DNA of 62,135 nt, filler included, from Bipalium vagum (GCA_037834085.1; 3 parts of 3 records of this genome joined end to end with filler, not necessarily neighbours in it); one strand, 5' to 3'. Shown: positions 24,430-35,994, counted from the first letter of the whole stretch. Translations and numbers: made by a program. Notes: generated from the sequence alone by a model not told the origin.

Positions 24430-25320
24430 GGTGTGATGTAACATCTTTACAATGATTTAATAATCATAATAATATTATTATTATTATCAAAAAAAGCATG
24501 GATATTGGTTTGATCTTTGGTTACTCGTCTTTGTACCCTTAGATGAGCACGTCTTTCGCCTGTCAGGTGGACGTTGAGAATAAAAATTTCCAAAGTCTTT
24601 CTGTCTTGAGAGTTGTTTCAGCTGAAAGAACCAGGACGGACTAATGGAAGCTGCGACGGACACCTCACCTCAGTCAGATACCCCAACGACGATCCAATGT
24701 AATACTGGAGAATTTCATCGATCGGCGGAAGGGCACTCAAATTATCTATGATAAATAACAGGGATGACCGGAATCCAAAGCATGCGGCACCTCTTCTTAA
24801 ATTTATAACAACAACTCAACATGTTTTCGTTCTCCACGATAATCTATGACCTTCTTTCATGCTCTCCCTCTTCGGAATGTAGTGCTAAGATAAACCTCCT
24901 TCGGAAGATCAATTTCAAATTTAGTAAATAGTTGTGGTCTTCATAAATCTGTTCCTAGGAGGTAGGAGATGAAGGTGTCTATTTTCACATTTGCTAGTGT
25001 TCCGATGCTGCAAGTTGTCCTCACATCTTGCATACCATTCCTGGAAAAGAGTAATATAATTTCTTCCTGACGGTTTCTCTGAAACGTATTCCACCTTCAC
25101 GAAGTCCTACTAGTCAACCTCCTTCAAAGTCCGACGGACGGAATGTTGTGTTCTTTAACCAGCCACCCTCCTAAATAAGTTTTCATATTCTGGAATTGCA
25201 GACATCGGTTTATTCGCCTCACTTGTTGCGAATAGAAATCAGAATTGACTGTCTGGTCCGCTGCAACACCTCAAAGTACACCAATCTCATAGAGTTTCAT
25301 CAAACTTGAACTATTTATTG
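24430..25320 (-). mobile_element. Mosaic of short TE scraps (Tc1 N-terminus, mariner core, LTR start)
   Basis: Minus strand PSDFEGG*LVGLREGGIRFRETVR (about 25070-25145) and VYFEVL..QTVNSDFYSQQVRRIN (about 25205-25290); PPT-like GGGTGTGA followed by TGTAAC near 24430 (+). Confidence 0.55.
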
Positions 25321-25491
25321 TTTTGAAAAAGCCGGTGATTTTGGCCCTGTTGACAAGAATTTTGGCCATGGTGAATTGTGTGGTCTTGCTTGCATCTCTG
25401 AACAACAAAATCTCTCAGTCAGCTGAAGACCAGTTTCTTCTGGGTCCAATGAAATAACTGCCTACGAATTATCATTATTGACGATTTCCAG

Positions 25492-25756
25492 GCGTCTTCA
25501 TGCTCCATGTCTTCAAAGCTTTCATCGCTTTGTCAAGAACATTGGTACCACCCTGGCACTGACATAAGTGTTGGAATCTACAGTAAAACCGGTAAAAAAA
25601 ACCAAGACTGAACTAACACAAACCTCCAAGAAAAAGCTTCCAGAAATCGCAGACGACGTCAAGGAACCTAAGGATCCGATGAAAAGTGATGACAGCTTTC
25701 CGAAATTAACTAATCGATATTGGAAACATTTGAAATCTTTTAAATTTGATATTTGA
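25492..25756 (+). CDS. 3' end of an unidentified protein-coding gene (Lys-rich C-terminus) with a predicted micro-intron
   Basis: tttccag acceptor, then RLHAPCLQSFHRFVKNI. The in-frame TAA is removed by GT(25545)..AG(25568 or 25583), then ..KPVKKTK..LTNRYWKHLKSFKFDI*. Confidence 0.45.
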
Positions 25757-27119
25757 TTTTTTATTTTACATTTAATTGATTTATTGTGCTTGAAAAGGCT
25801 TTGCAAAGCCTACTGTCTTTATTTTTTAATTTTAAAAAATGAATGTGATTTTATATTTGATGTGTGTCATTTAAATAAATAAATTTTGTCATTAAAATAA
25901 AAATTTTATAATTTTAGTAAAGTAAAATGAAATATATAAAATGTAGAGGTAAAATTTTAATTAAAAATATAATTCACATGATTAATTATTATTATTATTA
26001 TTATGAAAATAAAATAACTTACTATAAATAAATGATGTGGAGGTGAAGTTACTAAATATAGTAAGTTCTATAATATAATAAATTACTACTAATATAATAA
26101 CCACCTACGCATAATTCTATTAATTAGAAAGAAAAATGTACCTAAAATAGAAACCGTCCAGACATAAATTTATATTTAGTAAGTTAAAATAGAGCCAATG
26201 GAAAGCTCTAAAATGTGGAAAACAGTAGTATATAAACTCTGGGTTTTCACATTCAAAATGCCCTTAACAACTTAGATTACGATTTGATATCTTTTCAAAA
26301 ATGTTCTTAAGATGCCGGTAATAATAATGAAGGTAAGGAATTTGTATTAATTCCAAAAGTATTTAATCGATCGAGTTAAATTTAAATAATTAATTAATTA
26401 ACATTGATTTAGTGATAGAAGGAAATTCTTCTCATCACAAAATTTTTAATATTTTTATTCTTATTCATTGTTCGATTATAATTCGATCTATGTGACAGAA
26501 TACACATTTTTGTTAACCGTCTTTTTTCGACTATTGTACAGTCAACAGGGTATTTAATTAATTAAATAATGTATTGTTTGAATTTGTGAATCATTCTCTT
26601 TATTTGTAAATGTTACTATTATTTACACTTCCTTCGCGGAAGTTGGTAAGCCCAGATATAAACCCCTTTTAACAGTTTAGCTAAGCGACACTGACCGTTA
26701 CATAAGCTTGGAATATCCTTACTGAATTCTTAATATAGGATGCGGTGTGATTCTTTTGCATCTTTTCCTTTTTAAAAGTCATATAAAAGACAAATCCCTA
26801 TACGATATTTTTGCTCAACCATATCGGGAGTCTTTATTACATTTAAAAAGTACCTTGATATTCCACAACAGAAGCGTCGCCAGAGATTGACCTTCAAAAT
26901 CAATATTAAAACAATCGACAAGATTTTATTATAAAATGATAAAAACAGAATTCAACAAACGTTTATTATTTGCATTAATAAAATTTAACCATTTATTAAG
27001 TATAGAATTAAAACAAATCTAAAGGAATTTTGTAATTGGCTGAAATTAAACATGTCGAGGACATTGGATATAGCGAGGTCTCTTTATTTATTTTGGTCAA
27101 TTGTGAAATTTTCTGTCAA

Positions 27120-27932
27120 ATGTTGTTTTGTCTGAGCCTCGTTCTCTTTTCGCTTGTGATTTTGGTGCGATCTGACTTGAGGGTTGCTACAAAATGTGCG
27201 CTGAATTCCTTAACCAGTCGTAGTAAATATTTCGTGGTGAAGAATAGTTCATGCTACATCCCAAAGGCCAATTCCTCAACTCTGGGTAAACCAATGCAAC
27301 AGAAATACTTCAACCGACTCTCCGACAGGGTGACCCTCTTCAGAGTTCTTTCCGGAAGTGGAGTTATCCCTCGTTCGTATTTTCTCAACCCGGGTAACAA
27401 TAAGGAAACCTTAGCAGATTTGGGGAATGGACAAAATTTTCGAAGCATTTTCTTGGATGAATGGAACGATATTCGACCGAAGCTAATGAATCTGACTGTG
27501 AAAGACTACGATGATACTGTCGTCGTGAATCTACTGTTCAAGGTCACTGAAACAGATAATATAGAGTCCTGGTTTGCTAAGGAAAACGTGGTTGCCTCTT
27601 TCCCTTGGGATACGGACTACCTGCGACGTGTTGATTACAGTTATTTCAGTATAAAGGGTTTAGACATCAGGTATGGTATACACGCTAAAGAGTTTTTTCT
27701 TGCATTATCTCTGAAAGGATGTTCGAGAGATGAAGGAATGTTATTAGTGATATCAGGTAAAGATCACTGCACATATGGACAGAGTTGGCCGAATAACACG
27801 GCTTACCGTTACCCGCAGATTCTTTACATAAACGAAAACGGCAAAGGAGGCAAATGGAGAAGTTCTAGAAGGGCTGCTAAATCATTGGAAATCATAGGGG
27901 TTTACAACTCCGACATTGCAACATACCATTAA
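27120..27932 (+). CDS. Uncharacterised secreted protein, 270 aa, intronless
   Basis: Longest ORF in the window. ATG at 27120 is followed by the hydrophobic signal peptide MLFCLSLVLFSLVILVRS. Four N-glycosylation sequons and elevated GC. A paralogous 3' fragment at 35250-35328 differs at several synonymous sites. Confidence 0.85.
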   Translation: MLFCLSLVLFSLVILVRSDLRVATKCALNSLTSRSKYFVVKNSSCYIPKANSSTLGKPMQQKYFNRLSDRVTLFRVLSGSGVIPRSYFLNPGNNKETLADLGNGQNFRSIFLDEWNDIRPKLMNLTVKDYDDTVVVNLLFKVTETDNIESWFAKENVVASFPWDTDYLRRVDYSYFSIKGLDIRYGIHAKEFFLALSLKGCSRDEGMLLVISGKDHCTYGQSWPNNTAYRYPQILYINENGKGGKWRSSRRAAKSLEIIGVYNSDIATYH

Positions 27933-28369
27933 CATTTTTGCAAGGGTTGTGCTCCACATTCGTGTCATTTCTTTTATTAACTATCTAATTTAGTTCTTGA
28001 TTAACATTCAGGGGATCGTCGGCTCAGTTTCGGTGGGTCAGGGTGCATTGCCAATTTTCGTTCTGTAAAACATTTGTCCGTTTTGTGACAGGGGGGTCTA
28101 ACATAATATTTATATATCTTCTGCCTTTATTCTCTTATATACTTTACTTACTATTATTTCATTATATATATTATTAATTATTAATATGTACTTAATAATA
28201 TTATTTTAAACATTATTATATGAAAATAGATCTTTTTAGTTGTGTTATCGTCTTGAAAAAAAGAAAGATATTTTTTATTTATTTTTTAAACAGTATATAA
28301 ATAAATATAAATAAATAAATTATAAAAAAATATAATGTAAATATAAATAAGTAAAATATAAAAAATATA

Positions 28370-29075
28370 AAACATGTTTGCAAAAGAATGAATCAAAGCA
28401 AAGTAACAGCGACGATGTCTCCAATAATAGAATCGAATTGTCAATAAAATGTCTACAGTCACACAGTCAGATGTTTTAATGACTCTACAAAATCAAAATT
28501 AAGAATAATAAAAATCAATAAGTAATCAAATAATATCAATGAAATCAAAATCAATTTTAAACAACAAAATATAAAATAAAAGAAAAGTATGAATCTCTCA
28601 TCGATCTGTCAACGATAGGTTCAAAGGGTGGTTTGCGGAGCCCAATCCTGCTCGTTCAGAAATCCCCTAACAGCACAGGACCCCAAATAAGCTCCTGTCG
28701 CATATTTGGGGACATAAAACAACGAATTACTAATTGAAATTTTTTGACAACAGTTTCGGATTTTCTGACAGATAACTCTTTCGACACAAATTTTCCTTGA
28801 TCAAATAAAAAATATTAAGTCGAGATCTCTTTTGTGATAATCCATTGCGCATTCTAACTCCTTAAATACTATTCTGGTCATACCAATTATCAGTCGTAGA
28901 CCATTTTGATTAATGGGAAATGCCAATTCCCTTTTTAGATTTTATTACTAAAACGTTCCCTCCTTGCGGACCCTGATCTAATCTTATCAAGTTAGCTTCG
29001 CCATTGTCAAGATTAGATCCTTTTAAGAAAATAATAAATTGCTTTTTTAAAAATTAAATTTGCACTTTTTAATTA
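28370..29075 (-). mobile_element. Dispersed repeat, copy 2 (homologous to 7425-8136)
   Basis: The reverse complement contains the same conserved blocks in the same order. Confidence 0.75.
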
Positions 29076-29151
29076 ATTATGATTATTGTATTATCATTAT
29101 TATTGTTATTATTATCATAATTAGTATTATTTATAATTATCATTTATTTAT

Positions 29152-29508
29152 TGTAAAAAATTATATCGAACATAACCAGTGAGAAATATTTTTTTCCATG
29201 CGAGACATTGGTATTGTTCTTTCCAAAAGCGGTGCGAAGAAATAAAGAACGAGAAATGTGTCTAGAGACAAAGTCTGAACAACTCCCGGCGCAAACAAAA
29301 AGGGGGAGACGCAAAAGCCCCTTCATTATCGAAACAATAACATTGTTTCCTTTGTCGAAAACCTCACAGGGAAAGCGGTTCTTGCGAGACTTCTTTCCTG
29401 TCTTTCACTTGTTCCTTCCGTCGTGAAATGTTCAATGTCTGTACAGAGCGACACTTTCATTTCAGAGTTGGTACTAAGTGAAAGTATTAATAAAAGTGTA
29501 ACTTTACA
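29152..29508 (+). mobile_element. Putative LTR
   Basis: TGTAAA...TTTACA termini with AATAAA about 15 nt before the end; no target duplication seen. Confidence 0.4.
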
Positions 29509-30501
29509 AAGGTCACTGAAGAAACATTCAAGGAGTCATGAATAAAGAAATATCAAGAAGAAATGGAGAAGTATAATTAACTCTCGTCAGCCATCCGGAT
29601 ACAAAAGTTGGGAACCAAGATAGCACGGACCATAAGTGAAGATAGATTAAGACTAATTAAAGACTAAAAAGTCTAAGAGATCAAGCGTTTGACTGCTGAC
29701 CTCCGTACATCCCTGAAATTCATGACCTTCGGAATCGATCCAGTAAAAATATCAGAAAAGATCTTGAGTTACGGAGGGAAATCTTTGTTGATGATTCATT
29801 CAATAATGACGAGGAAAGGAAAATCGTGAGTCATTATGCAATGAAGGACACGTACAGAAACATGATGTTGTAGCTTAGACGATCATCTGCCGTATATCGC
29901 CGGAGTACCATCCCCCTCTGACACTGAACCATTGATTATGTAACAGAAAAAGCCCACAGCGCCATAGCCAGCCGTTCCCGACAAATGTACCAAGTTATCA
30001 CTGACAATAACTCATCAAAATTAGTCCCTTCATTGGGTTGAGAAAGGTCGGCACATCCCTAACCCTAGGCGTTAGTGACTTCTGCAATAATGAATGAATG
30101 GGCACATAAAAAGGGAAGTCTATACCTTCCTAGGGTATTTTTATAAGTCTTTTTTTTCTGTTAGGGACGTCCTGTTAAAATGTGTGCCAAGAGAAACTGG
30201 AACTTCTGAGGAGATAGGTACAGAATTCAGGCAAAGGTGTTTCCACTGAGAATCGGAAAATTCCAACAGAAAGCTCATTGAAAGATCCAGCAAACCGGCA
30301 ACACTCACACGCAGCAAGACTGTTTTGTTTGGTAATGTTTGTGACGCACACCAGGCTGTTGATTTCATTTTCTTCGGATGACGCCTGTGCCTGCGTGCAC
30401 CTTCACCATAGCACCTTCAGAGTGGCATCTGCAGCGTAGCAGGCTCACTTATCACCGACCAACCAACCATCGTACACGTGCTCTACTCTGCTTTCACAGC
30501 C

Positions 30502-30753
30502 ATGGCAACGTTTGAGAAAATAGACACTCTTGAGGCCCAAATCCGTCACAAGGAGACCGTGGTCTACAACCTCCCGCTGGACCATCCCGAAAGAAGGGCA
30601 AAGCTGGAGGAAATCAGAGAGCTGGATAAGATTATCGTTCGCATGAAAAAGTTCGAGAACGAAGCTGCAAGACAACATGGATCCACCGGCCTGCCTTACC
30701 CTGAGGTGTACGAAGTTAGCGTGAAGCAGAGTTCCATTTGTGGACTTCTGTAA
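30502..30753 (+). CDS. Small (83 aa) charged helical protein ending in a CaaX motif (CGLL)
   Basis: gccATGG Kozak context directly after a ctttcacag acceptor. GC-rich, codon-biased island in an AT-rich genome. AATAAA near 30900. C-terminus SSICGLL*. Confidence 0.7.
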   Translation: MATFEKIDTLEAQIRHKETVVYNLPLDHPERRAKLEEIRELDKIIVRMKKFENEAARQHGSTGLPYPEVYEVSVKQSSICGLL

Positions 30754-31461
30754 GTCTCTCGGGACCAGCGGCGTCTGTGTACGGACTTATGAACACTTTT
30801 CTCATCAATGAAGTATCCCTCCAGTCAGAACTGCCATCTCTTACCTCTTGGTGACCTCTCGGCTCATCTCATTTTGTGTCCTCGGAATTTGTTCTATCAA
30901 ATAAATGTTTTCCTACGTCTTGTTGGCACTTTTGTTGAACCGTGTGATACTTAGAGAGGGTCTTGTGCTTGTTAAACGCGTGCGTATTGATTATTTGCAG
31001 CATTCTGGCTGGCCTTCACCTTGTTGAGCTTGTGTGATCATGCCCGACTGAGCATTGAAGCAGCTCACTGAACCTACGTTGAAGGATCGTCGTTGTTACC
31101 ATCTCGTTCTGAATGGCGTCAAGGCTGTGTTCCGTGCAAAATGTTGATCAGACTAAAGACTCCTTGTCCTCATTACTATCATCATAGATTTATCAGTCCC
31201 AGACTCGACCAAAAGACCCCTCTTAAGCAGGTTTCGTTTGATCACCTCCAAGCCCTGTTTTATTTTTAAAATATAATTTATTTCACTGAATTTTTTCACT
31301 GAAAAATATCACATTTCTCTGTTGGGGTTTTCAATTTCAAAATTTGTTTTAATCGCTCTAAGTTTTAGTTTGATTTGCTACTCACAGTTTGAAAGTAGAA
31401 GTGCAGTAAAATATTTTATATTATTTATTAAATATTATTTATATTTTGAAGTTTTTTATTA

Positions 31462-31495
<34 letters not shown>

Positions 31496-31655
31496 CATTA
31501 TTAATTGATATTGTTAAATGTCAATTTTGTTTTAATCAGGTGAAATATTAAATATGACAACGTATCGATTGACAATAATGTCGTAATTAGTTACCGAGGC
31601 ACCCTTTTAGACATTTACAAAATAGTGAAGAGCGGCACGAGTGTGCGTCTTCCAA

Positions 31656-31785
31656 ATGGAAAGTGTGTGCCCTGACAGTGTCAGCACTGCAAAGGTACTC
31701 TTGACCAGTCCGGAAGAAGGATTATCCGCCACTTCGGAGGAGGATGATGATGATGATGATAACGGTCTTACAGGAGTGAGAAGAG
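31656..31785 (+). CDS. Possible first coding exon of an unknown gene (acidic tract)
   Basis: MESVCPDSVSTAKVLLTSPEEGLSATSEEDDDDDDNGLTGVRR, then an AG|gtattt donor; downstream exons unclear. Confidence 0.3.
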
Positions 31786-31866
31786 GTATTTGCGTTTGTC
31801 AATAAATAAAAATGAATCCATGTAATTTATTGATCCATCGTGTTTTTGCTGTCGCACGTTTAAATA

Positions 31867-32092
31867 TTGGGTTGGCAACTGAGTTCGTGCACTTTTTAAT
31901 ATAAAATTTTTCAAACTAATAGATTAAAAATATCTTATTTCAATTGTTGTTATTGTTGAATTTATGGGAAAGATGGCAGAAGGTCATTCTTAATAATGGT
32001 GAACATTTCATTGATTAAAACTGTTTTTATCAATAAAAATTTATGGTTTTCATTTCTTCTTAAAAAGAGCACGAACTTAGTTGCCAACCCAA
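31867..32092 (+). mobile_element. mariner-derived MITE
   Basis: Near-perfect TIRs TTGGGTTGGCAACTGAGTTCGTGC / GCACGAACTTAGTTGCCAACCCAA, TA target duplication, C-terminal ERWQKVILNNGEHFID remnant. Confidence 0.9.
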
Positions 32093-32228
32093 TATTTCTT
32101 TTACCGCTTGCCTCGTCCTAAATTTATATTTAACCTTTTTATCAGACACTGAACCCTGACAGGAGGTTTAAAACACTGAATTGACCTGGAAAAGTACAAA
32201 AATGCTTTTGAAAAAGGATAAAGAAGTG

Positions 32229-32407
32229 NNNNNNNNNNNNNNNNNNNNNNNNNNNNNNNNNNNNNNNNNNNNNNNNNNNNNNNNNNNNNNNNNNNNNNNN
32301 NNNNNNNNNNNNNNNNNNNNNNNNNNNNNNNNNNNNNNNNNNNNNNNNNNNNNNNNNNNNNNNNNNNNNNNNNNNNNNNNNNNNNNNNNNNNNNNNNNNN
32401 NNNNNNN
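32229..32407. other. Assembly gap (179 N)
   Basis: Plain N run with no linker motif. Confidence 0.95.
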
Positions 32408-32649
32408 CACAAAAGTGGGGTCAAACTTAACAAGGTTTACTGTAAGACCGGAAGTATTTATTTGCGTGTAATGTTGGGCTTAAGGTTTAAATGAAAATGT
32501 TAATATTTAATGTGACAATATAAACATTAACTGAAAATCAAATCGATTATAAAATCGATATAACTGAATCAAAATATAAAATAAAATCGAACTCTGTAAA
32601 CAAATTATTGACCAAGATAACAATTATTTTTTATCGAATATATTTTCAA

Positions 32650-32890
32650 TAAAGCTGACAATTGGGGTTTCGGTTACACTTTAAATTTGAGGTAGAATCC
32701 GGAGAAGAAGAAAAACTTAAGACAAAATAGAACACCCTTTCAAGGGGTTTCAGATAAAATATCGATTCTCCGTCCAAATTGACGTGAGGAACACAAAACA
32801 AGAAAAAATACTGGGAAATAAAGCAAAAACAAAGAAAATATTTGAATCTAATTTCCGTGGTACGTTCACCGAGTATTAGCACTCTTTTAT
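32650..32890 (+). mobile_element. Solo-LTR family member (related to 43090-43290, 53480-53690, 54282-54586)
   Basis: Shared core ..TCAGATAA..TTCTCCGTCC..TTGA.GTGAGGAACACAAAA..TATTT.AATC. Confidence 0.55.
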
Positions 32891-32957
32891 TTGTTCAATA
32901 AATTATAACCAACTTATAATTAGAAATCGAATTATGGTATGTAATGGTTTTATTATA

Positions 32958-33436
32958 CAGGGTGTCCCAAAATAAAGTATACACACGCCATTGATAGTGT
33001 GAACTAATCTCGGTATGTTGCATTTCATATGGCAGCGCTTTAAAGCTCGGTGAAAGTAATCTTTTGAGATTCCTAGATCAAGACTTTCTTGTCTCACAGA
33101 TGTTTGGTGGGATTCAACAACAATTGGAGTATTCTTTCTTCCTTTGCAGTACTTGTCGATATTCCCCATCTTCCAGGACGGTTCTTGTTGACACTACTTA
33201 ATAATTCAACTTTTTAATTTATCCTTTATTCGACTGGTTGCCCGTCTTGTTGAGAGATCTTCATGAATTTCTTCTTTCATGTTTACAAACTTGAAGTAAT
33301 TTTTTATAATAAATTTTCGCCGCTCAAAGCACAACCTATATTTAATGATTCAACCTGTAAGAATAAATTTTGAAGAATAAATTTTTTAATTATCGATTTA
33401 TAGTGAAAGTATGTATACATTTTCTGAGACACTCTG
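32958..33436 (-). mobile_element. Internally deleted Tc1/mariner-superfamily element, copy 2 (family of 18868-19434)
   Basis: CAGGGTGTCCCAAAA..GTATACAC / GTATACATTTTCTGAGACACTCTG termini; the same internal junction sequence (ATATGAAATGCAACATACCGAG.TTAGTT.ACACTATCAATG) as copy 1. Confidence 0.85.
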
Positions 33437-34309
33437 AATCGTTTTATTTATAAATCGATTCACTTGCGATCGGAGAGAAGCCAAAAATGTAATTTTATAT
33501 TTATTTAATTAGAGACAGTTCATTTAGATTTGTGACCAAATTTCCGAAAAAACCTAAAACTAAAATAATGGTACTATTTTGAATTTGGTAACGGCTTTTT
33601 ACTCCTTGTTACTAACTGGTTAGAGTCCCCTTGTTTTTTGCTTTACGAATATTATTATCTGTCCTTTTGACAGTCTTACTTCCGTTTTCTTCGAATTCTT
33701 CTCACTTCTGTGATTGCACTTGCAGACTTGCACTCTTCTTCGGAGTATTTTTTCTGTCCCTTATACTGAAATACTTCAGCATTTATATTATTTATTTATT
33801 TTTCATATTTTTTAAAATTATTAACTTAATGTTACTAATTTTAGATTTCACCTGAAAAGTTTTACGGTAAATCTATTTTTAGAAATGGAATAACTTTTGA
33901 TGGAATAATTATTTATAGTAACGTTTTATTACTAAATAATGTTTTCCTAACTTTTACCAAATTAATCATCGAAATGACTATTTTTAAATTAATTATGATA
34001 ATAATAATTTTTATATTTTATATATTATTTTTATATTTTATATTTTATTTGATACTTATTTTAAGATAAGAAAAAAGAAAGTATTTTAGATCTATACGAG
34101 TCCTAACTTAAATAAAACAAACACAAAATTATATTTTTCATACATAAAAAGAAATCATAGGATCAATATAGGATCAATAAAGGATCAATGTACAGCGTTG
34201 TTAAAATCAATGTCATTTTGAAGGATTTGATGGCCATGTTTGACTCGATTGACTTGACATTATTATCGTTATTTATTTATTTATGAATTATATTTATTTT
34301 GAATGGTAG

Positions 34310-34890
34310 GAATATTTCAAGCACATGGGGTTCATTGTGAAAGCCAAGTTTACCATGGTTACAAAGGGTCATGATGAATGGCTATAATGAATTTGTTTAG
34401 AGCGACCAAAGCAACTAACTCATCAATTGAATTTCCAGTTTTGTCAACTGTCAAAGGGAAACAATTGAGGTACCTGCTTCCTTATACCCTTGAGGATGTG
34501 CCAGGTACAACGTTCAATATCATTTTAATAAAGAATTTAAATAACAAGTTATTTAATTCCCTTTTCCTAATATTAAGGTTTCCGAGGGTCTCATTCCCAG
34601 ACAACGTTATAATTGTTCCTTCGGAGTCTCTAACGGAATTTGGATTCAGCATTATCCTGAAAATAATAACAATAGCTCCAACCACAATATTCTTGTCCCA
34701 GAAATAATAGGAAGAATAATATTTTATGAGCATTTCTCCCGTTAAGAATGTTATTGTTCTCCATTTCCCCAGTAGTCCTTCACCAAGAACCTTCAGACGC
34801 GTTGTGAAATCTCACTGTCCAAGAGGGACTGTGGAACACCACTGCGAATGGTCCATACCTTCACTGTCTGAGCCAAACTTTGAACAATGA
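34310..34890 (+). pseudogene. Fibronectin type III-like multi-exon gene fragment
   Basis: join(34310..34367,34439..34469,34578..) gives GIFQAHGVHCESQVYHGYKGFVNCQRETIEVSEGLIPRQRYNCSFGVSNG (the L.P...Y...NG pattern). A disrupted second repeat follows (EPSDAL*NLTV..WSIP). Confidence 0.4.
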
Positions 34891-35249
34891 GAAAAATAAT
34901 GGGCAAAAATTATTTCACCTTTTTCCTCTTACAATGGAAAAGAATCCTTCATTTTATATTTATTTATAAATAATTTAATATTATGTCTGTCAGGGGTTTT
35001 CAGAAGAATTAATGATTTTATAAATTATTATTATCATTATTGTATATTATTATTATTATTATCATTATTATTATTATTACTATTTTATTATTTTTATTAC
35101 TATTATTATTATTATGTCCTTATGTCCAATATTATAATAATTATTAACAAAAATGTATAACAAAGACTGCATTTATTGAGTAAAACGGAGAACACCAAAA
35201 ACTTAATTAAGAAAGTTAAAGGTTCCATAAATAAAAGGGAGTAACAGTG

Positions 35250-35328
35250 TTAGTCGTAAGCTGACATGGTGGGGTCGTAAACCCCGATGATTTCCAACGA
35301 TTTTGCAGCCTTTTTTGAACTTCTCCAT
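35250..35328 (-). pseudogene. 3'-terminal fragment of a paralogue of the 27120-27932 secreted protein
   Basis: WRSSKKAAKSLEIIGVYDPTMSAYD* versus WRSSRRAAKSLEIIGVYNSDIATYH*; same stop position; the upstream sequence is unrelated. Confidence 0.85.
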
Positions 35329-35994
35329 GGGAACAATATCATCCTCGACATTCTTGATATTGACAGCCATCTTGTCGCTGGTTTCGATATCATTGAATGC
35401 AAGGAACAGCAGACGATAACGTTTATTGCTGAACGAAACATTAACATAATTTCTTCTGACCCTCATTCACCGCAAACTAAAGTCACTTAATTTTGATCAT
35501 CCATCTTTCGAGACAATATCTTCTCCATGGTCCTCTGAGGATCCAAATAACTTTGACTGTATTCTGGTTTTCCTTGTAGCCTTACCGATATTTCTCCGAA
35601 TGGAAACCGGAGCTCATTTTCTATTAACCCTTCGTCATTCTGAACATTATCAAACCATTGCCGTCTGTGTATTCTCTTGCCGAATATCTTTTTTGTTGTG
35701 GTTTTTCATAATCCATTTCATTTCGCCTCGCTTATCATGTACAGAATATCTGATAACGTGATGCCTCCATTCTTCCACATTTCATCTTCTGTCGAGCAGT
35801 TCACGCAAAATCCGATCGGACAAAATTGTCTTTGAACAAGGTTGGTGCTCTGTTTCCGCAGATATATATTTCATTAATGAGGCCACTGAATTATTATACC
35901 ATGAATGAAAGCATCTCATTGGTTGGATAAATTAATCAATAAATCTGTGTGTGGTCGTTGTTTTAAAATCATTAAAAATTAATTTTACCTTTCA

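Noticed and set aside
25565-25567. In-frame TAA as evidence of stop-codon reassignment
   Set aside because: TAA and TAG terminate the well-supported genes here; a short intron or pseudogenisation explains it.
27036-27119. N-terminal extension of the 298-aa ORF
   Set aside because: It starts at TTG; the ATG at 27120 directly precedes the signal peptide.
30057-30070. CCCTAACCCTAG telomere-like repeat
   Set aside because: Only two units, compatible with chance.
32101-32471. ORFs spanning X runs
   Set aside because: Artefacts of the N gap.
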